From Truepera sp. (lineage in GTDB: Bacteria > Deinococcota > Deinococci > Deinococcales > Trueperaceae): a stretch of 64,000 nt of DNA. Position numbers and translations under genes: made by a program. Each line of letters begins with the position of its first letter. Positions within the stretch are counted from its first letter, which is position 1. Where the stretch lies: the NCBI GenBank assembly GCA_965218435.1, contig CBDCKW010000009.1:3040001-3104000 (forward strand), in the 5' to 3' direction. The notes beneath the pieces were generated by a model. That model saw nothing but the letters and a program-made list of their open reading frames with translations, made no database searches and was not told where the DNA came from. Below are positions 9,425 through 19,089 of the stretch, piece by piece.

Positions 9425-11203
9425 TCAGTTTGCCCCGTAAAGTTCGGTATAAACCGCGTAGTTAAACATCACCCGGCTGACGTACTCGCGGGTCTCGTCG
9501 TGGGTGATGGCCCGGTAAAAGTCAGGGTAAAAATCAGCTGAACTCGTCAGGGACAGGGTCTCTAACAACCGACTAACGTAACCGGGTCCACCGTTATAGG
9601 CCGCAATACTCTCAGGAAGGCTGGCGTCAAACTGAGTGAGCAATTTTGAAAGGTAAAACGCGCCGTAACGGATGTTGTCGGACGCGCGAAAGGGGTCACC
9701 GGGCCTTTCACCCAAAAGTTCAGCCACGTAGTCCCAGGTACTTGGAATCAGTTGCAGCAGCCCTTGGGCACCGGAAAATGAGACCGCGCGGGGGTGAAAG
9801 AGCGATTCTTGCCGCATCACCGCCCAGAGCAGCGCCGGACGCAGGTTATAAGTGCGGGCTTGGGTCAGGACGCTCCCGGCAAAAGCCTGCGGATAGGCTG
9901 CTCGGTAGGTACGACGTGCGCGGCTACCCTTCCGCAGATAGGCGTTCGCGGCTAAGGTACTAGAGCTGAACTCGCCCATCCTTTGTAACGCTTCGGCAAG
10001 CGCCACGGTCGTCGGTTCGTCACGGCTGTGAGACAGTGCCACGAGCAGTTCACCCAAAGCCGCTTCGGGGTCACCGGCCTCCTGAAGCGCCTTTGAAAGC
10101 GCCAGCACCGGCGGCTTGACGCGTTTTAGCCGCCCATTCGGAACCGAAAACGGTTTGCCCCGCAGCAGGCCGAAAAAACTGTCTGCCGGGATGAGGGCGT
10201 CGGCGGCCCCGGCCGTTTTCGTGTCGCCGAGACGCGTTGCCAGTGTGTAGGCGCGGAAGGCCGCGTCGTCACGATAGTCTGAGCTGTCGTCAGCCGAACC
10301 TTGGGCGACCCGCAGATAGAGGGAAACAGCAGCGGAAACCTTACCCTTGGCCTCGAGCAGTCCTGCCGCGTGCCAGAGGCTGGGGTCATCACCGAGCCTC
10401 AGGTACGCCGCCAGCATCTCTGCGGGGTCACCCTCGGCTTCGGCAAGACGAACGTTCGCCTCTTGCGAATTCGGCAGCATAAGAACCAGCGCCTTGGCTT
10501 GTCGGTAACGCCCCAGTGACAAAAGCACCTTGAACTTTCCCGCGAGCGCCTCGGCGTCAGCCGGTTTTCCGAGCAGCCGGTTGTAAACCTTTAGAGCGCG
10601 TGCGTCATCGCCGCTAGCAGCGAGCGCAGGCGCACGTAGTTCGGGCGCGGACACGCCTCTCAGGGCCATGAGCGCCCGTTCGGGTTCACGAGCGTCTAAA
10701 AAAATTCGGGCGCGGGTGCGCGGCTCGAGCTTAAGCCTAGCGAGGCCCTGCGCCGCCTCGGTAAGAGGCAACGCGTTTCCGTAAGCAGCGGCGGCGCGGA
10801 CGCGGGCTCCGGCTTGTTCTGCAAGTCGTCCCAACGTAAGCTGCGCCCGCTTTTGGTCGTCTCTAGCCAGGGGTGAAATAAGACCGAAAGTGAAGACCTG
10901 CCCCAGGTACTCCAGCCGCTCTTTGGCCGGAAGCTTGGTATTACGAGAAAGCCCTAAAAGGGTGCGGTAGCGCAGATAACTCTCCGGGGCCGACACGACA
11001 AACCGTTTGAGCGCACCCGTATCGCCGCGCAGCTCGGCGCGGAAGAGCCGCTTGTAGTCCCTTAAAACGTCCTTTTGGTACGGCACGTTAAACGTCACCG
11101 TAACTTTGGGCAGCGGCAAAGGTAGTGGCCGAAGCAACCAGCCAAGCATTCCCAAAGCCAGCGCAAGTGCTACGAGTAACGAGAGGCGCACCGTTTGACG
11201 CAC
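9425..11203 (-). CDS. Lytic transglycosylase (SLT domain, TPR-like N-region, N-terminal TM anchor)
   Basis: VMRQESLF, GAQGLLQLIPST, AAYNGGPG, ETREYV motifs. Confidence 0.92.
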   Translation of the reverse strand: MRQTVRLSLLVALALALGMLGWLLRPLPLPLPKVTVTFNVPYQKDVLRDYKRLFRAELRGDTGALKRFVVSAPESYLRYRTLLGLSRNTKLPAKERLEYLGQVFTFGLISPLARDDQKRAQLTLGRLAEQAGARVRAAAAYGNALPLTEAAQGLARLKLEPRTRARIFLDAREPERALMALRGVSAPELRAPALAASGDDARALKVYNRLLGKPADAEALAGKFKVLLSLGRYRQAKALVLMLPNSQEANVRLAEAEGDPAEMLAAYLRLGDDPSLWHAAGLLEAKGKVSAAVSLYLRVAQGSADDSSDYRDDAAFRAYTLATRLGDTKTAGAADALIPADSFFGLLRGKPFSVPNGRLKRVKPPVLALSKALQEAGDPEAALGELLVALSHSRDEPTTVALAEALQRMGEFSSSTLAANAYLRKGSRARRTYRAAYPQAFAGSVLTQARTYNLRPALLWAVMRQESLFHPRAVSFSGAQGLLQLIPSTWDYVAELLGERPGDPFRASDNIRYGAFYLSKLLTQFDASLPESIAAYNGGPGYVSRLLETLSLTSSADFYPDFYRAITHDETREYVSRVMFNYAVYTELYGAN

Positions 11204-11278
11204 AGCTTAGTTTACTCGTTGGTCTATTTGGCGCACCGCTAAAGCTCGTGATAAAGTCACGGGGTAAGGTCGGCGCTG

Positions 11279-11355
11279 GGGCCCTTAGCTCAGTCGGTTA
11301 GAGCAGTTGACTCATAATCAATTGGTCGTTGGTTCAAGTCCAACAGGGCCCACCA
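11279..11355 (+). tRNA. ileX: tRNA-Ile2 (CAT anticodon, lysidine type)
   Basis: Cloverleaf: GGGCCCT/AGGGCCC acceptor stem, anticodon loop CT-CAT-AA, TTCAAGT T-loop, encoded CCA. Body resembles Ile2 rather than fMet or Met tRNAs. Confidence 0.9.
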
Positions 11356-11617
11356 TTTTCTCCCGTGCCGTACGGAAAAACTTCGCCTTAGTCGATTGGT
11401 CGTCAAAAGCGGTGGGCAATAAGTGAAGCTACCAAACCGAAATGACTGAAATCAAGGCAGAACTTTCTAACACGTATAGTCTAGTTAATCTATACAGTTC
11501 AGCACCCAGCTCTAGTGATTGAAGCAAGCTTTAACATCGTACAGGCAGTTGCAGAAGTCTAAGATGGACAGCCGTAAGAACACTGATAAAGCAGGTTTAT
11601 AGACGTGGCGGCGCAGC

Positions 11618-12253
11618 CTAAAGAGGGATGAGCACCACCGGCTCACGGGTTGGAAAGCTGCGTTCAGAAGGCTCGAGGCTTACAGCAAAGGTGCTCCCTA
11701 GAGCGAGCGGACGTTCGGTAAAAAAGGTGTGTCCCTGCCACACGCCGAGGAGCCGCGGAACACCGCCTACAACTTCCCAGGCGTGAAATATCTGGTCTTC
11801 AGCAGGCAAGTTGTCAAAGGCTATAAACAGTCGCCGGTCAGGTAGCCGCACCACGTCACCGACGATCTGGCCGCGCACATCGAGGAGCGGGTCGGCGACA
11901 GCGCCCGGTCTCGAGCGGTACGCCTCGAACTCTTTGCGGACCTCGGCAGGCGGCGCTTGCCCAAGCAGCCAGAGTGCGGCGGCAGCTTTAGCGGCCAACC
12001 CCAGCCCGAGGCCCCAGCGCCAAGCCGGGGTTTTTGAGTCAGCACGAACCTCACTTAGCAGCGCCTCCACCGCACTCGCGGGTTGAGGAACAGGGGTTAA
12101 CGTCATGACCAGCTCGCTCAGGGCGTCTTGGTAGCCGCTGACGACAGCCGCCGCCCCCGGCTGCGCTTCCAGATACGCTTCAACCTCGAGTTCAGCCTCG
12201 GGCGAAAGCGTCCCCAAGGCGTAGGCGACTAAGGTGTCGCCGTCTATCATCAC
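11618..12253 (-). CDS. Anti-sigma factor, RskA-like
   Basis: AYALGTL..E...VE.YL anti-sigma domain, one TM segment, C-terminal FAVSLEP motif; overlaps the sigma gene stop. Confidence 0.8.
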   Translation of the reverse strand: MMIDGDTLVAYALGTLSPEAELEVEAYLEAQPGAAAVVSGYQDALSELVMTLTPVPQPASAVEALLSEVRADSKTPAWRWGLGLGLAAKAAAALWLLGQAPPAEVRKEFEAYRSRPGAVADPLLDVRGQIVGDVVRLPDRRLFIAFDNLPAEDQIFHAWEVVGGVPRLLGVWQGHTFFTERPLALGSTFAVSLEPSERSFPTREPVVLIPL

Positions 12254-12792
12254 GGTTTCCGCCTTGCTGCGCGGCTCAGCTGCTCTAAAGCAGTGCGCAA
12301 CTCTTGCTTAACCGTTTCTACGGGTTGGCCCGTCAGCTCTGCCAAGGCTTGGTCGGTATAGCCTTGAAAGAAGGCGCACTCCAGCAGGTCATGAGGAGCC
12401 GTGACGCTACGCCCCGGCAAACTCGGGTTCTGTTCAGCCTCGTCTTTGGTATCGTCACCGGTTTGTAAAAACAGTGCTTGATCCTTTGCAACTTGTGGGG
12501 CGGACTCTTGTTCGCGGACGTCTCTGAACAGGCGGTGACTCAGCGTAATCAGCCAAGTTTTCGCACTCGTCTCGTGGGGACTAAAGTCTGCCGCCGCCGC
12601 CCAAGCCTTGACGAACGCAGCCTGAACAGCAGCGTCGGCCTCAGCCGGAGCGTTCAGCATGTGTCTCGCCAGGGCGGTAAGGTGAGGGGCGTAACGACGA
12701 TGAAGTTCGACCAGCGCCTGCTCACTACCTGCAGCCATCTGCAAGACCAGCTGTTCGTCGGAGGTCGTTACTCCGTGATCGTCCCCTGTCAC
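12250..12792 (-). CDS. ECF sigma factor, SigK-like, divergent
   Basis: SDEQLV...G...AL..L..RY, VQ.AF..AW, TWL region 2; AFFQGYT...LAELTGQPVETVK region 4. Confidence 0.8.
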   Translation of the reverse strand: MTGDDHGVTTSDEQLVLQMAAGSEQALVELHRRYAPHLTALARHMLNAPAEADAAVQAAFVKAWAAAADFSPHETSAKTWLITLSHRLFRDVREQESAPQVAKDQALFLQTGDDTKDEAEQNPSLPGRSVTAPHDLLECAFFQGYTDQALAELTGQPVETVKQELRTALEQLSRAARRKP

Positions 12793-13226
12793 GTTGTTGT
12801 CAAGGATACGGGTAGAAACGAAATTATGCTAGCTCCGCGCTACATTTTCAGGCGGCGTAAGGCACGCTCATCACTACTCAGTCAAATATTGCAGCCGTTT
12901 ATCTCGAGAAGCGCCGTAAGAGGAACATAGGAAAAGCCTTATAGGAGAAGCACCGAGGTCAGCGTTTTCAACACTGACTGGACCTATCACGACGGTCTAC
13001 GGCTTGCGACTATCAGCAGCTCACTTGAGGAGCTGGCGAAATACAAGCCGGAACAACTTAGGTCGTCCGGTGGGCTGAACAGCTCGAGCAACGAGGCAGT
13101 GCGGCTCGTCGTCAAACGGACACCGGGGATTTTACTGAGGGTTTGGCGTCTGGTCGTGCCCAGGCGTTGAGGTCTTCTTTAGTTTGGAGGCAGTAGTTTT
13201 CGTTTGGCACAAGTAGCATGTGCGTG

Positions 13227-13262
13227 CCGGTCAGCAGAACTTGGGAGAGCACCGCTGACCGG
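13227..13262 (-). terminator. Inverted repeat just downstream of the SBP gene
   Basis: CCGGTCAGC...GCTGACCGG, about 10 nt after the stop; no clear U-tract. Confidence 0.35.
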
Positions 13263-13272
13263 GCCGTGAGGC

Positions 13273-15036
13273 TCAGTTCTTAGAGAGTTTGCGCCACAAG
13301 TAAGCGCCGCTCAGCATGGGGTTGACGTACGTGCCTTTAAGGTTGGCGCGTTGCACCAAAAAAGGAACGCCTTGCGGCAGCAGCACATAGGTCGAGAGAT
13401 CATACCCGCGTTCGGCAATCTGGCGGTAGAGCTTGACCCGCTCCTGTACATCAAAGCTCGAGCGCGCCCGCTTATCCCACGCGTCAATCTGCTTGTCGGA
13501 AAAATTAATTGAGTTAGCGTAGTAGCCGTCGGTTTGATAAAAGGTGTGCATGTAGTTGTCGGGGTCGGCGAAGTCGGGAATCCAGCCGTTAATCACCACC
13601 GGCAAAAAACCCCGCAGACTCTGGTCTAAAAAGTCGGGCCAGGCGATACCGCGTACCTGCACCTTAAATTTTGGATTTAAGAACTCGAGGTTCGACTTGA
13701 TAATTTCAGCGACCGCTTGATGGGCCTGCGTCCCGCTGCTGTAGGTAATCGTAAACTGAAATCCCTTCTCCCACACCTGACCGTTCCAGGCCGCGCGGCA
13801 GGCTTTTTCGGCAGCGTCTGGGTCGTAGCTGTAGGTCGGCACTTCGGGGTCATAGCCCAGATAAGAGGGCGGCAGCGCCATCGTCAGCTTTTGGCCGTAT
13901 CCCTGAAGTACCTGATCGATATACGCCTCCGGGTCAAACGAATAGTTGATACACTTGCGGACATTTTCGTCGCTAAAAAAGTCCGCCGGAATCCCCCGGC
14001 CGTCAAGTTTGCCCGACCCGAGGCTGGCGTTATTGTCGGCGACGACCGCCTGATTCATAAACACGGCGCTGACCAAAGTTGACGACCAGTTGAGGCTGGG
14101 GTCGGTCGCGGCGTCGCGGACGGTGATTCCAGGTTGACCTTCGACCTGACTGAGGGCGGCGCGCTCGAGGCCCACCACATCGGCGTCGCCTTGTTGCAAC
14201 GCTAAGATACGCGCAGCTTGGTCGTCAACGATCTGAACTTGCACATTTTGAACCTTGGGCGCACCGCCCCAATAATCAGGGAACGCTTCGGCGATCACGC
14301 GGTCGCCGGTCTGCCAGTTGACCAGCTGGTACGCGCCGGTTCCGCTCATATGGTCTTGCAGATAGTGTTGCCGCAAATCGGCCCCGATCCACTCACGCCA
14401 GGTCGCTTCGGTGCCGTCCCACATGCCGTTTTTAACGGCCCACGCTTTGTCAACGATAGACGCGCCGTAAAAGATGGTCTTAGCGAAAAAAGCCGGGTCA
14501 GCTTGCGCCAAGTTGAACTGCACCGTAAAACCGTCCGGCCCGTCAGGGCACGTTACGCTTTGGTCAATTTTTTTGTAAAAGTCGGCGTACTGTTTGTCAG
14601 TTGCGTCGTCGCCGAGTTCAGCCGTCGCGTTGCCGTAGTAGCCGGTTAAGGGCTCCATCAAAATCCAACCGCCTGAATCGGCAGGGTTGACGACGAGCAG
14701 CCGCTTTAAGGAATACTCAACATCCTTGCAGCTAAAGGGATTCCCACTGTGAAATTTAACGTCCTGACGCAAGGTAAAAGTAAACGTCAGGTTGTCGCTC
14801 GAGACTTTGTACGCGGTGGCGAGGCGCGGCTCGTATTCGGTCACGCTCTCACCCTTGTAGCCGTAGAGCGTCTCGTAGACGTTTTCGATAATCTGACCCG
14901 AGGCGATGTCATACGCCTGCGCGGGGTCTAAGGTGTTGACGTCCGCCGTACTTTGAACGATAAAGGTGTCTTGCCTTCCCTGCGCAAGTCCTCCGCTGAG
15001 ACCGAGTGCTAAAAGTGCGAGCAATAGTTTTTTCAC
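13273..15036 (-). CDS. ABC transporter substrate-binding protein, family 5 (peptide/nickel)
   Basis: Signal peptide; TLDPA.AYD..S..II.NVYETL, FTLRQDVKFHSG, GTGAY, GWIPDFADPD motifs; AAAGGAG SD. Confidence 0.93.
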   Translation of the reverse strand: MKKLLLALLALGLSGGLAQGRQDTFIVQSTADVNTLDPAQAYDIASGQIIENVYETLYGYKGESVTEYEPRLATAYKVSSDNLTFTFTLRQDVKFHSGNPFSCKDVEYSLKRLLVVNPADSGGWILMEPLTGYYGNATAELGDDATDKQYADFYKKIDQSVTCPDGPDGFTVQFNLAQADPAFFAKTIFYGASIVDKAWAVKNGMWDGTEATWREWIGADLRQHYLQDHMSGTGAYQLVNWQTGDRVIAEAFPDYWGGAPKVQNVQVQIVDDQAARILALQQGDADVVGLERAALSQVEGQPGITVRDAATDPSLNWSSTLVSAVFMNQAVVADNNASLGSGKLDGRGIPADFFSDENVRKCINYSFDPEAYIDQVLQGYGQKLTMALPPSYLGYDPEVPTYSYDPDAAEKACRAAWNGQVWEKGFQFTITYSSGTQAHQAVAEIIKSNLEFLNPKFKVQVRGIAWPDFLDQSLRGFLPVVINGWIPDFADPDNYMHTFYQTDGYYANSINFSDKQIDAWDKRARSSFDVQERVKLYRQIAERGYDLSTYVLLPQGVPFLVQRANLKGTYVNPMLSGAYLWRKLSKN

Positions 15037-15130
15037 GTTTCTCCTTTAAGTAACAAAACGGGTTGTTTAGTCCGACTGAACTACCACTAACCTCCTCTCC
15101 GCCGACGAACGTCCTAGTGCTTGCCTGACT

Positions 15131-16231
15131 CTATAGGGCAAAGCGGTGGTACTTTCGTAAAAGAGCTTGAAGCCGGTCGTGAGGTAGGGCGTAGCGGGTG
15201 TTACCGTTCTGCCCCGTCATGTCTGCGGCCGCGACGAGCGTATTGATGACAGCTTCTTCCGTCGCCTGCACCGTCGCCCGAAAAAGAGGCGTCATCAGGT
15301 CGTTGGGCAACATCGGCGCGGTGACCACGTGGTTATCCGTTGCTGCTAAAGGCGCAGTTGAAAAGGCGACAAAAAGTTCACCACTGCCGTTTTCGGCGAC
15401 GCCGCCGGTTCTAGCCAGGCCCATCGAAACGCGGCGGGCGAGCCGCTTGAGCTGATGCGGCAACAAGGGCGCGTCGGTCGCCACGACCGCGATAATCGAG
15501 CCGTATTCTGAGGGCACGGGAGCTTGACCTGGCTGGCCGTAAGTGGGCAGGAGGTCAGGAATCTCTCGGCCCACCGGGACGCCGGCGACCAGCAGGTCTC
15601 CCCGTTCGCCGAAGTTGGCTTGGACTAGGACGCCTACGCTATACGCGCCGAACTCATCTGGCAGTTGCCTCGAGGCCGTACCGGTGCCGCCCTTAAACCC
15701 GTACAACCCCATCCCCGTGCCGCCGCCGACGTTGCCCTCGGCCACCGGCCCTGAAGACGCACGCTCGAGCGCCTCAAACACGTGCGCTTCTCGGACATGA
15801 AAGCCGTTGATGTCGTTTAGAAAGCCGTCGTAGGTTTCGGCGACCACCGGCAAAAGCCACGGTTGTTTCATGCCGCCTGCCCCAACCGCCCATTTGATCA
15901 CGGCGGCGTGGACCGCGCCGACGCTGTGGGTGTTGGTCATCATGATGGGACCCTCGAGTAACCCCGACTCTTCAACCCACGCCATTCCCGTCATCTCACC
16001 GTTACCGTTGTGCGAGTAGCCACCCGCGAAAACAGGTGTGTCCGCGCCCGCCCTGCCCCTCGGCAAAATGGCAGTCACACCGGTTCGGACGGGGCCTTGG
16101 CCGACGACGAGTTTTCCGTCACCTTCAGTAAGGGTGACGTACCCGACTGCAACCCCGGCAACGTCCGTAATGGCGTTGAGCGGACCCGGCTCACCGTCAA
16201 AAGGAACGCCCAACTCGCGTGCTCTAGGCAT
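15131..16231 (-). CDS. dmpA: P1/DmpA-family aminopeptidase (L-aminopeptidase/D-esterase)
   Basis: NAITDVAGVAVG, NGNGEMTG, EGNVGGGTGM, GSII (self-cleavage site), NGSGE motifs. Confidence 0.9.
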   Translation of the reverse strand: MPRARELGVPFDGEPGPLNAITDVAGVAVGYVTLTEGDGKLVVGQGPVRTGVTAILPRGRAGADTPVFAGGYSHNGNGEMTGMAWVEESGLLEGPIMMTNTHSVGAVHAAVIKWAVGAGGMKQPWLLPVVAETYDGFLNDINGFHVREAHVFEALERASSGPVAEGNVGGGTGMGLYGFKGGTGTASRQLPDEFGAYSVGVLVQANFGERGDLLVAGVPVGREIPDLLPTYGQPGQAPVPSEYGSIIAVVATDAPLLPHQLKRLARRVSMGLARTGGVAENGSGELFVAFSTAPLAATDNHVVTAPMLPNDLMTPLFRATVQATEEAVINTLVAAADMTGQNGNTRYALPHDRLQALLRKYHRFAL

Positions 16232-16337
16232 GAGCTGACGACCTGTCCATGAGCGTACAAACGTCTCTACGACTTAGAACGTCGTCGGCTAGGGTCACCA
16301 TCTTTGCTCCCTTCATTATCTGGGGTTGAACAAACAT

Positions 16338-17186
16338 TTACGGCGAAAACGAGATGCTGCTCGCGTTCATCACCGCTCGGAAGGTGCGGTTAAAGGCGAG
16401 GGCGTCGGAGGCGGTATAGGCGACCGTGCGTTCGCCCGCTCTGGTCACCCCCGGAATATAAAGGCACGGGTCGGCCCTAGCCTGATGATCAAAGTCAATC
16501 TCTACGGAAAAATTTGGCGGGAGTGTCCACGGCTTAGCAGCTTTGGTCCGCTCCACAGCCTCTTCTGCCCCTTCGCGGATGAGCTGCTGTGCCCGCTGCG
16601 GGTGCAGATGAAGGGCGCTGAAGGTCGAGTAGCCTTGTTTTACAACCACGCCTACAAGTTGTTCACCGAGTAAAGCCTGAACCTGCGCGACCGCCTTGTC
16701 GTCGCCGGTGACGAGCGTGACCGGAACCCCGAAATGCCCGGCAACCGCCGCGTTCATCCCGAACTCGCCGGTCGAGTGACCATTCAGACGCACGTCGTTG
16801 ACAAAACCCGTCCAGGTGTGGGCCAGCGGTGCGCCCGGTGTCCCGGCTTTGGCGTGATACCCGACGTAAAAAACGGCGGCGACGCCTTCTTGCACTCCTT
16901 GCACCATACCGAGTTCTTTGTCGCTACCGGTGATAAAGCGAACCTCGGGGTGGAGTTCTTCGGGCACGAGGTTGCGCATCCCGTTGTGCGAATCGTTGAC
17001 GATCACTTCAGCGCCAGCGGCGAGCGCACCTTCTGCGGCGGCGTTGACCTCACGCGTCAGCCGAGTACGCGCCCGCTCGTATTCGGCGGTTGAGGTGTGC
17101 GGCGTGCCGTATTCGGGCGGCGTAACCTGAACCCAATGAGTTACGCCGCACACCCCTTCCATGTCAGCCGAGATAAGAATCTTCAT
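16338..17186 (-). CDS. dppA: M55 D-aminopeptidase (DppA family)
   Basis: ISADMEG, VNDSH, VGYHA, LAHT, GEFG.N zinc-site motifs; GGGGAGG SD. Confidence 0.92.
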   Translation of the reverse strand: MKILISADMEGVCGVTHWVQVTPPEYGTPHTSTAEYERARTRLTREVNAAAEGALAAGAEVIVNDSHNGMRNLVPEELHPEVRFITGSDKELGMVQGVQEGVAAVFYVGYHAKAGTPGAPLAHTWTGFVNDVRLNGHSTGEFGMNAAVAGHFGVPVTLVTGDDKAVAQVQALLGEQLVGVVVKQGYSTFSALHLHPQRAQQLIREGAEEAVERTKAAKPWTLPPNFSVEIDFDHQARADPCLYIPGVTRAGERTVAYTASDALAFNRTFRAVMNASSISFSP

Positions 17187-17639
17187 CCGACCTCCCCACT
17201 AATGTCACACGCAAAAAGAGATAGTAGGCCACCTCTCATTGAGACTATACAAAAATGTGCGGTGGTTCTTCAAACAGTGCGGCTTCGGTACCTTAATTCA
17301 TGTTTGAATGACCTGAAACCGGTTGATCTAACGGTTTGACCTAAAACCGGTGCCTCAGTCAGGACTTACGCATGTGACAAGGTTTCACCGGCAAAGGTAA
17401 CGTACAGCTTTCGGTGGCACTGCCGACCTTCGCGCAACTTTTGCACTGTCAGTGTTGGCGACGTTGGTAGAAAGAAACCTATAAGCTGGTTGACCCTGAG
17501 CACGGCAGTGACGGAGACACAAAAACTTCGCTGTAATCCATAGGCGTAAGCCCCGCTAGACGTCTCCGAGCGTCATAACGACGTCAACTTGACGCTCGCG
17601 GAAAGACAGAGGGCTCGAGACGCCCTTTAAGAAAATACA

Positions 17640-17754
17640 CTAGAACCTATCTCAAAAATGGCTTTCTAGCGTGAGAGCGTCCTATCTTACTCGCCTAGCT
17701 CGGTCAAACCCTCACCGGGCTCCGCCCGCCAAGGGTTTTTGAGATGGCTTCTAG
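17640..17754. mobile_element. Putative MITE (about 115 bp) with terminal inverted repeats, flanked by CTAG on both sides
   Basis: Left TAGAACCTATCTCAAAAA versus reverse complement of right end TAGAAGCCATCTCAAAAA (16/18); homologous copy at 32673. Confidence 0.7.
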
Positions 17755-17819
17755 CTACTACTGACGACTAATGCACATACATGTGCGCTAGTGGAGTATG
17801 CTAACAGTAGAGGTAAACG

Positions 17820-18047
17820 ATGCCCCAACTCCATTTTTACGTCCCTGACGACGTAGCTAAACAGATTCAAGAAAAGGCTAAGGCCAAAAACCTGAGCGTG
17901 TCGAAGTACGTTGCTGAAATGGTGCAGCGTGAAACGCATTCAGGATGGCCTGAAGGTTATTTTGAGCGTGTCGTCGGCAAGTGGCAAGGCGAGCCGCTCG
18001 AGCGGCCCGAAGAGCTACTCACCGAAGAGCAAGACTCTTTTGATTGA
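17820..18047 (+). CDS. Ribbon-helix-helix antitoxin (VapB-like)
   Basis: QLHFYVPDDV..QI..KA...NLSVSKYV RHH pattern, acidic tail, directly upstream of a PIN toxin. Confidence 0.8.
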   Translation: MPQLHFYVPDDVAKQIQEKAKAKNLSVSKYVAEMVQRETHSGWPEGYFERVVGKWQGEPLERPEELLTEEQDSFD

Positions 18048-18071
18048 GCTTTTAGCTGCGCCGCTTACGAG

Positions 18072-18485
18072 ATGACCTATTTGCTCGACGCCAATGCCTG
18101 CGTTCACCTCCTTAACGGCACTTCAGCTTCCCTTTTAGAACGGTTTCGCCGCGAAAGTCCGTCGACTTTACGTATGTCGTCAGTTGTCAAGGCAGAACGG
18201 GCTTTTGGCGCACGCAACTCGAGCCGACCTGCGGAAAACTTACGCCTGATCGCGTCTTTTTGGGAGCCGTTTGAAAGCTTGCCGTTTGACGACCCCTGCG
18301 CAGAGCAGTACGGTCTTATCCGCGCCGAACTCAAACGCCAAGGGCGGTTAATCGGCGCTAACGACATGTTGATTGCGGCTACCGCCCTAGCTCGTGACGT
18401 GACGCTAATCACGCACAACACGCGGGAGTTCGCGCGGGTACCAGGATTAAAGCTCGAGGATTGGGAAACGCCTGCAGGAACGTAA
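18072..18485 (+). CDS. vapC: PIN-domain toxin VapC
   Basis: YLLDAN, AE, IGANDMLIAATAL, LITHNTREF, GLKLEDW. Confidence 0.93.
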   Translation: MTYLLDANACVHLLNGTSASLLERFRRESPSTLRMSSVVKAERAFGARNSSRPAENLRLIASFWEPFESLPFDDPCAEQYGLIRAELKRQGRLIGANDMLIAATALARDVTLITHNTREFARVPGLKLEDWETPAGT

Positions 18486-18759
18486 CGACAACGCTGTCGC
18501 CCAAATCATAAGGGCAGCGTTACCAGGACGACTAAGGACTGTGGCACAACAAAGTCAAGACCAGACGACGTTTGCTGCAGCTGCCGGGCGTTTGAACCAT
18601 ACCGTTTGAACAGCAGTGCTTGACTTCTGTGCTCGAGTTCAAATAGGGACAATTTACGCTATCTAAGGCGCAGACATCGTTCTATAATTGAACAACTTTA
18701 TGAGCTTACCGGGCACTTTTCGGCGCAGGGCGAGTTTTAAGCAACTCCCTACATTAGAA

Positions 18760-19089
18760 ATGTGCCGTTTTAGCTCCCCTGCTCGGCTGAGGGTGGCCGC
18801 ATCTACCGGCCTCGTCACGCTGCTTATCGGTTGGCTCGTGGTCGCACTCTTTTTGGCCCCTTATTGGTCGGCGCAGACGAACTTTCCGGGGCATCAGCAT
18901 CCCAAGGGGACACCGCCGCATACGCACAGCATCGAAGCTGTTCTCGGTCACGCCGTTATGGTGGCTGCGGTCACTGCCGTATTCTTCATACTGCAAGCTT
19001 TCGAGTCGCTACTGTTACCACCCGTTTTGTGGCTCGAGCGCACCCTCCCCAAAAGAGCCCACGGGAGCCGCGCGCCACCACTTTTCTAA
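18760..19089 (+). CDS. Small membrane leader protein with His-rich motif and C-terminal RAPP; putative metal-sensing ribosome-arrest peptide
   Basis: Hydrophobic segment, GHQHPKGTPPHTH, second hydrophobic segment, ends HGSRAPPLF-stop; directly upstream of copC. Start uncertain (18688, 18700 or 18760). Confidence 0.72.
   Translation: MCRFSSPARLRVAASTGLVTLLIGWLVVALFLAPYWSAQTNFPGHQHPKGTPPHTHSIEAVLGHAVMVAAVTAVFFILQAFESLLLPPVLWLERTLPKRAHGSRAPPLF

Noticed and set aside
11279..11355. tRNA-Met or fMet call from the CAT anticodon
   Set aside because: The fully paired G1-C72, the lack of three consecutive G-C pairs in the anticodon stem and the overall sequence fit Ile2 better.
11279..11620. tRNA-anchored integrative element
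   Set aside because: No integrase and no duplicated tRNA 3' end seen in the window.
12930..13200. Hidden gene in the sigma-SBP gap
   Set aside because: Some open stretches look protein-like, but I found no start signal or recognisable motif.
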